Positions 31,070 to 35,552 of a DNA stretch of 35,552 bases are shown here, one piece after another. How positions within the stretch are numbered: position 1 is the stretch's first letter; every line of letters begins with the position of its first letter. The notes under the pieces are model-generated. The model was not told where the DNA came from, ran no database searches, and saw only the letters and a program-made list of their open reading frames with translations. A program made the position numbers and the translations under genes. This DNA is from a virus (taxonomy: Duplodnaviria; Heunggongvirae; Uroviricota; Caudoviricetes): the IMG/VR virus record IMGVR_UViG_2645727510_000007; one strand, given 5' to 3'.

Positions 31070-32317
31070 ATGAAAGGCAGTTATAAATCCCGTTGGGTAA
31101 TCGTAATCGTGGTGGTTATCGCCGCCATCGCCGCATTCTGGTTCTGGCAAGGCCGCAATGACTCCCAGAGTGCAGCCCCAGGGGCGACGAAACAAGCGCA
31201 GCAATCGCCAGCGGGTGGTCGCCGTGGTATGCGTTCCGGCCCATTAGCCCCGGTTCAGGCGGCGACCGCCGTAGAACAGGCAGTTCCGCGTTACCTCACC
31301 GGGCTTGGCACCATTACCGCCGCTAATACTGTTACGGTGCGCAGCCGCGTGGACGGTCAACTGATGGCGTTACATTTCCAGGAAGGCCAGCAGGTCAAAG
31401 CAGGCGATTTACTGGCAGAAATTGACCCCAGCCAGTTCAAAGTTGCATTAGCACAAGCCCAGGGCCAACTGGCAAAAGATAAAGCCACGCTTGCTAACGC
31501 CCGCCGTGATCTGGCGCGTTATCAGCAACTGGCAAAAACCAATCTCGTCTCCCGTCAGGAGCTGGATGCCCAACAGGCGCTGGTCAGTGAAACCGAAGGC
31601 ACCATTAAGGCTGATGAAGCAAGCGTCGCCAGCGCGCAGCTGCAACTCGACTGGAGCCGCATCACCGCACCAGTCGATGGTCGCGTTGGTCTCAAGCAGG
31701 TTGATGTTGGTAACCAAATCTCCAGTGGTGATACCACCGGAATTGTGGTGATCACCCAGACGCATCCTATCGATTTAGTCTTTACCCTGCCGGAAAGCGA
31801 TATCGCTACTGTAGTGCAGGCGCAAAAAGCCGGAAAACCGCTGGTGGTAGAAGCCTGGGATCGCACCAATTCGAAGAAATTAAGTGAAGGCACGCTGTTA
31901 AGCCTCGATAACCAAATCGATGCCACAACCGGTACGATTAAAGTGAAAGCACGCTTTAATAATCAGGATGATGCGCTGTTTCCCAATCAGTTTGTTAACG
32001 CGCGCATGTTAGTCGACACCGAACAAAACGCCGTAGTGATCCCAACAGCCGCCCTGCAAATGGGCAATGAAGGCCATTTTGTCTGGGTGCTGAATAGCGA
32101 AAACAAGGTCAGCAAACATCTGGTGACGCCGGGCATTCAGGACAGTCAGAAAGTGGTGATCCGTGCAGGTATTTCTGCGGGCGATCGCGTGGTGACAGAC
32201 GGCATTGATCGCCTGACCGAAGGGGCGAAAGTGGAAGTGGTGGAAGCCCAGAGCGCCACCACTCCGGAAGAGAAAGCCACCAGCCGCGAATACGCGAAAA
32301 AAGGAGCACGCTCCTGA
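31070..32317 (+). CDS. mdtA: Multidrug efflux RND membrane-fusion protein MdtA
   Basis: From the Met at 31070: [31 protein letters not shown]... 415 aa, membrane-fusion family; followed immediately by mdtB. Confidence 0.95.
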   Translation: MKGSYKSRWVIVIVVVIAAIAAFWFWQGRNDSQSAAPGATKQAQQSPAGGRRGMRSGPLAPVQAATAVEQAVPRYLTGLGTITAANTVTVRSRVDGQLMALHFQEGQQVKAGDLLAEIDPSQFKVALAQAQGQLAKDKATLANARRDLARYQQLAKTNLVSRQELDAQQALVSETEGTIKADEASVASAQLQLDWSRITAPVDGRVGLKQVDVGNQISSGDTTGIVVITQTHPIDLVFTLPESDIATVVQAQKAGKPLVVEAWDRTNSKKLSEGTLLSLDNQIDATTGTIKVKARFNNQDDALFPNQFVNARMLVDTEQNAVVIPTAALQMGNEGHFVWVLNSENKVSKHLVTPGIQDSQKVVIRAGISAGDRVVTDGIDRLTEGAKVEVVEAQSATTPEEKATSREYAKKGARS

Positions 32318-35300
32318 TGCAGGTGTTACCCCCGAGCAGCACAGGCGGCCCGTCGCGCCTTTTTATTATGCGTCCTGTCGCCACCACGCTGCTGATGGTG
32401 GCGATCTTACTCGCCGGGATTATCGGTTATCGCGCCCTGCCCGTTTCGGCGCTGCCGGAAGTGGACTATCCGACCATTCAGGTGGTCACGCTCTACCCAG
32501 GTGCCAGCCCGGATGTCATGACCTCTGCCGTTACCGCGCCGCTAGAACGCCAGTTCGGGCAGATGTCTGGCCTGAAACAGATGTCGTCGCAAAGTTCCGG
32601 CGGTGCGTCAGTTATCACTTTGCAGTTCCAGCTAACATTACCGCTCGATGTCGCCGAGCAGGAAGTGCAGGCCGCGATTAACGCTGCGACCAACTTGTTG
32701 CCGAGCGATCTGCCTAACCCGCCGGTTTACAGCAAAGTGAACCCGGCAGATCCGCCGATCATGACGCTCGCCGTCACCTCAACCGCCATGCCGATGACGC
32801 AAGTGGAAGATATGGTGGAAACCCGCGTCGCGCAGAAAATCTCGCAGATTTCCGGTGTCGGACTGGTGACGCTTTCCGGCGGTCAGCGTCCGGCTGTTCG
32901 CGTCAAACTTAACGCTCAGGCGATTGCCGCCCTCGGCCTGACCAGCGAAACCGTGCGCACCGCCATTACCGGCGCTAACGTTAACTCGGCAAAAGGTAGC
33001 CTCGACGGCCCTTCCCGTGCGGTTACGCTTTCCGCTAACGACCAGATGCAATCCGCCGAAGAGTATCGCCAGCTAATCATCGCCTACCAGAACGGCGCGC
33101 CGATTCGTCTTGGCGATGTCGCAACCGTAGAGCAAGGTGCAGAAAACAGCTGGCTTGGCGCATGGGCGAACAAAGAACAGGCCATTGTGATGAATGTTCA
33201 GCGCCAGCCCGGTGCTAACATTATCTCCACCGCCGACAGCATCCGGCAGATGCTGCCACAGCTCACCGAGAGTCTGCCGAAATCGGTGAAGGTAACAGTG
33301 CTTTCCGATCGCACCACCAATATCCGCGCATCGGTCAACGATACCCAGTTTGAATTGATGATGGCTATCGCGCTGGTAGTCATGATTATCTACCTGTTTT
33401 TGCGCAATATTCCGGCGACCATCATTCCCGGCTTCGCAGTGCCGCTGTCGTTAATCGGCACCTTCGCGGTCATGGTGTTTCTCGATTTTTCAATCAATAA
33501 CCTGACGCTGATGGCGTTAACTATCGCCACCGGGTTCGTGGTCGATGACGCCATCGTGGTGATCGAAAATATTTCCCGCTATATCGAAAAAGGCGAAAAA
33601 CCGTTGGCGGCGGCGCTCAAGGGCGCAGGTGAAATCGGCTTTACCATTATCTCGCTGACCTTCTCGCTGATTGCGGTGTTGATCCCACTGCTGTTTATGG
33701 GCGATATCGTCGGGCGACTGTTCCGCGAATTTGCTATTACCCTGGCGGTAGCGATTTTGATCTCAGCGGTGGTGTCGCTGACCCTGACACCGATGATGTG
33801 CGCGCGGATGCTCAGCCAGGAGTCGTTGCGTAAACAGAACCGCTTCTCCCGTGCCTCGGAAAAAATGTTCGACAGGATAATCGCCGCCTATGGTCGTGGA
33901 CTGGCGAAAGTGCTGAATCATCCGTGGCTGACCTTAAGCGTGGCACTCAGCACGCTGCTGCTTAGCGTGCTGCTGTGGGTGTTCATTCCGAAAGGTTTCT
34001 TCCCGGTACAGGACAACGGCATTATTCAGGGCACTTTGCAGGCACCGCAATCCAGCTCCTTTGCCAATATGGCCCAGCGGCAACGCCAGGTCGCGGACGT
34101 GATTTTGCAGGATCCGGCAGTGCAAAGTCTGACCTCATTTGTTGGCGTTGATGGCACTAACCCGTCGCTGAACAGTGCGCGTTTGCAGATCAACCTCAAA
34201 CCGCTGGATGAACGTGATGATCGGGTGCAAAAAGTCATCGCCCGTCTGCAAACGGCGGTGGATAAAGTGCCGGGCGTCGATCTCTTCCTGCAACCAACGC
34301 AGGACCTGACCATCGATACTCAGGTCAGCCGCACCCAGTACCAGTTTACCTTGCAGGCCACCTCACTGGATGCGCTCAGTACCTGGGTGCCAGAGTTGAT
34401 GGAAAAACTCCAGCAACTGCCACAGCTTTCTGATGTCTCCAGCGACTGGCAGGACAAAGGGCTGGTGGCGTATGTCAATGTTGATCGCGACAGCGCCAGC
34501 CGTCTGGGGATCAGCATGGCGGATGTCGATAACGCCCTGTACAACGCGTTTGGTCAGCGGCTGATTTCCACTATTTATACTCAGGCTAACCAGTATCGCG
34601 TGGTGCTGGAACACAACACCGAAAATACCCCAGGCCTCGCGGCGCTGGATACCATTCGCCTGACCAGCAGCGACGGTGGCGTGGTGCCGCTAAGCTCAAT
34701 TGCCAAAATTGAGCAGCGTTTTGCGCCGCTCTCCATCAACCATCTGGATCAGTTCCCGGTAACGACCATCTCCTTTAACGTGCCGGATAACTATTCGCTG
34801 GGTGATGCGGTGCAGGCGATTATGGACACCGAGAAGACGCTGAATCTGCCGGTGGATATCACCACGCAATTCCAGGGCAGCACCCTCGCCTTCCAGTCGG
34901 CGCTGGGCAGCACTGTCTGGCTGATTGTCGCGGCGGTGGTGGCGATGTATATCGTGCTCGGCATTCTGTACGAGAGCTTTATTCACCCGATCACCATTCT
35001 CTCGACGCTACCCACCGCAGGGGTCGGCGCACTGCTGGCATTAATGATTGCCGGAAGTGAGCTGGATGTGATTGCGATTATCGGCATTATTTTGCTGATC
35101 GGTATCGTGAAGAAGAACGCCATCATGATGATCGACTTCGCGCTGGCTGCTGAGCGCGAGCAAGGCATGTCGCCGCGCGATGCCATCTACCAGGCTTGTC
35201 TGTTGCGTTTTCGTCCGATCCTGATGACCACCCTGGCGGCTCTGCTTGGCGCGCTGCCGCTGATGTTGAGTACCGGGGTCGGCGCGGAACTGCGTCGTCC

Positions 35301-35439
35301 GTTAGGTATCGGCATGGTCGGCGGTCTGATTGTCAGCCAGGTGCTGACGCTGTTCACCACGCCGGTGATTTATCTGCTGTTCGACCGCCTGGCATTGTGG
35401 ACCAAAAGTCGCTTTGCTCGCCATGAAGAGGAGGCGTAA
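32317..35439 (+). CDS. mdtB: Multidrug efflux RND permease MdtB
   Basis: 1040-aa ORF with RND transporter architecture (12 TM segments, two large periplasmic loops); start overlaps the mdtA stop. Confidence 0.95.
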   Translation: MQVLPPSSTGGPSRLFIMRPVATTLLMVAILLAGIIGYRALPVSALPEVDYPTIQVVTLYPGASPDVMTSAVTAPLERQFGQMSGLKQMSSQSSGGASVITLQFQLTLPLDVAEQEVQAAINAATNLLPSDLPNPPVYSKVNPADPPIMTLAVTSTAMPMTQVEDMVETRVAQKISQISGVGLVTLSGGQRPAVRVKLNAQAIAALGLTSETVRTAITGANVNSAKGSLDGPSRAVTLSANDQMQSAEEYRQLIIAYQNGAPIRLGDVATVEQGAENSWLGAWANKEQAIVMNVQRQPGANIISTADSIRQMLPQLTESLPKSVKVTVLSDRTTNIRASVNDTQFELMMAIALVVMIIYLFLRNIPATIIPGFAVPLSLIGTFAVMVFLDFSINNLTLMALTIATGFVVDDAIVVIENISRYIEKGEKPLAAALKGAGEIGFTIISLTFSLIAVLIPLLFMGDIVGRLFREFAITLAVAILISAVVSLTLTPMMCARMLSQESLRKQNRFSRASEKMFDRIIAAYGRGLAKVLNHPWLTLSVALSTLLLSVLLWVFIPKGFFPVQDNGIIQGTLQAPQSSSFANMAQRQRQVADVILQDPAVQSLTSFVGVDGTNPSLNSARLQINLKPLDERDDRVQKVIARLQTAVDKVPGVDLFLQPTQDLTIDTQVSRTQYQFTLQATSLDALSTWVPELMEKLQQLPQLSDVSSDWQDKGLVAYVNVDRDSASRLGISMADVDNALYNAFGQRLISTIYTQANQYRVVLEHNTENTPGLAALDTIRLTSSDGGVVPLSSIAKIEQRFAPLSINHLDQFPVTTISFNVPDNYSLGDAVQAIMDTEKTLNLPVDITTQFQGSTLAFQSALGSTVWLIVAAVVAMYIVLGILYESFIHPITILSTLPTAGVGALLALMIAGSELDVIAIIGIILLIGIVKKNAIMMIDFALAAEREQGMSPRDAIYQACLLRFRPILMTTLAALLGALPLMLSTGVGAELRRPLGIGMVGGLIVSQVLTLFTTPVIYLLFDRLALWTKSRFARHEEEA

Positions 35440-35552
35440 GTGAAGTTTTTTGCCCTCTTCATTTACCGCCCGGTGGCGACGATTTTACTGTCGGTCGCCA
35501 TTACCCTCTGCGGCATACTGGGCTTCCGTATGCTGCCGGTCGCCCCGCTGCC
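35440..35552 (+). CDS. mdtC: Multidrug efflux RND permease MdtC, N-terminal fragment (continues beyond window)
   Basis: GTG directly after the mdtB stop opens (M)[37 protein letters not shown], an RND N-terminus; window ends inside the gene. Confidence 0.85.

Overview
The window holds about 30.8 kb of a lambda-like (lambdoid) prophage, running off the left edge, inserted directly upstream of the host mdtA-mdtB-mdtC efflux operon (Escherichia-type). Reading right to left gives the canonical prophage order: attL, int, xis, TraR-like and antirepressor-like accessory genes, exo-bet-gam, pL/OL, cI plus a rex-position gene, cro-like, YdaT-like, O (with ori iterons), P, ren, a nin block (NinB/YbcN-like, NinE, YbcO, RusA, YlcG), Q, a convergent porin gene, lysis genes (pinholin, SAR endolysin, Rz/Rz1), bor, cos, then Nu1-A-W-B-C-D-E-FI-FII-Z-U-V-G-T-H. 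All protein identities are from reading the supplied translations against remembered lambda and DLP12 proteins; no database search was run. The strongest candidates for an undescribed system are two AT-rich single-gene insertions: a 500-aa membrane-anchored coiled-coil protein with a GIY-YIG-like C-terminus in the nin region (17556-19058), and a 287-aa protein co-transcribed with cI at the rexAB position (23011-23874). Other oddities are a frame-disrupted FI gene, an in-frame TGA splitting an antirepressor-like gene, a promoter-plus-terminator small RNA or attenuator candidate, and no recognisable N gene.
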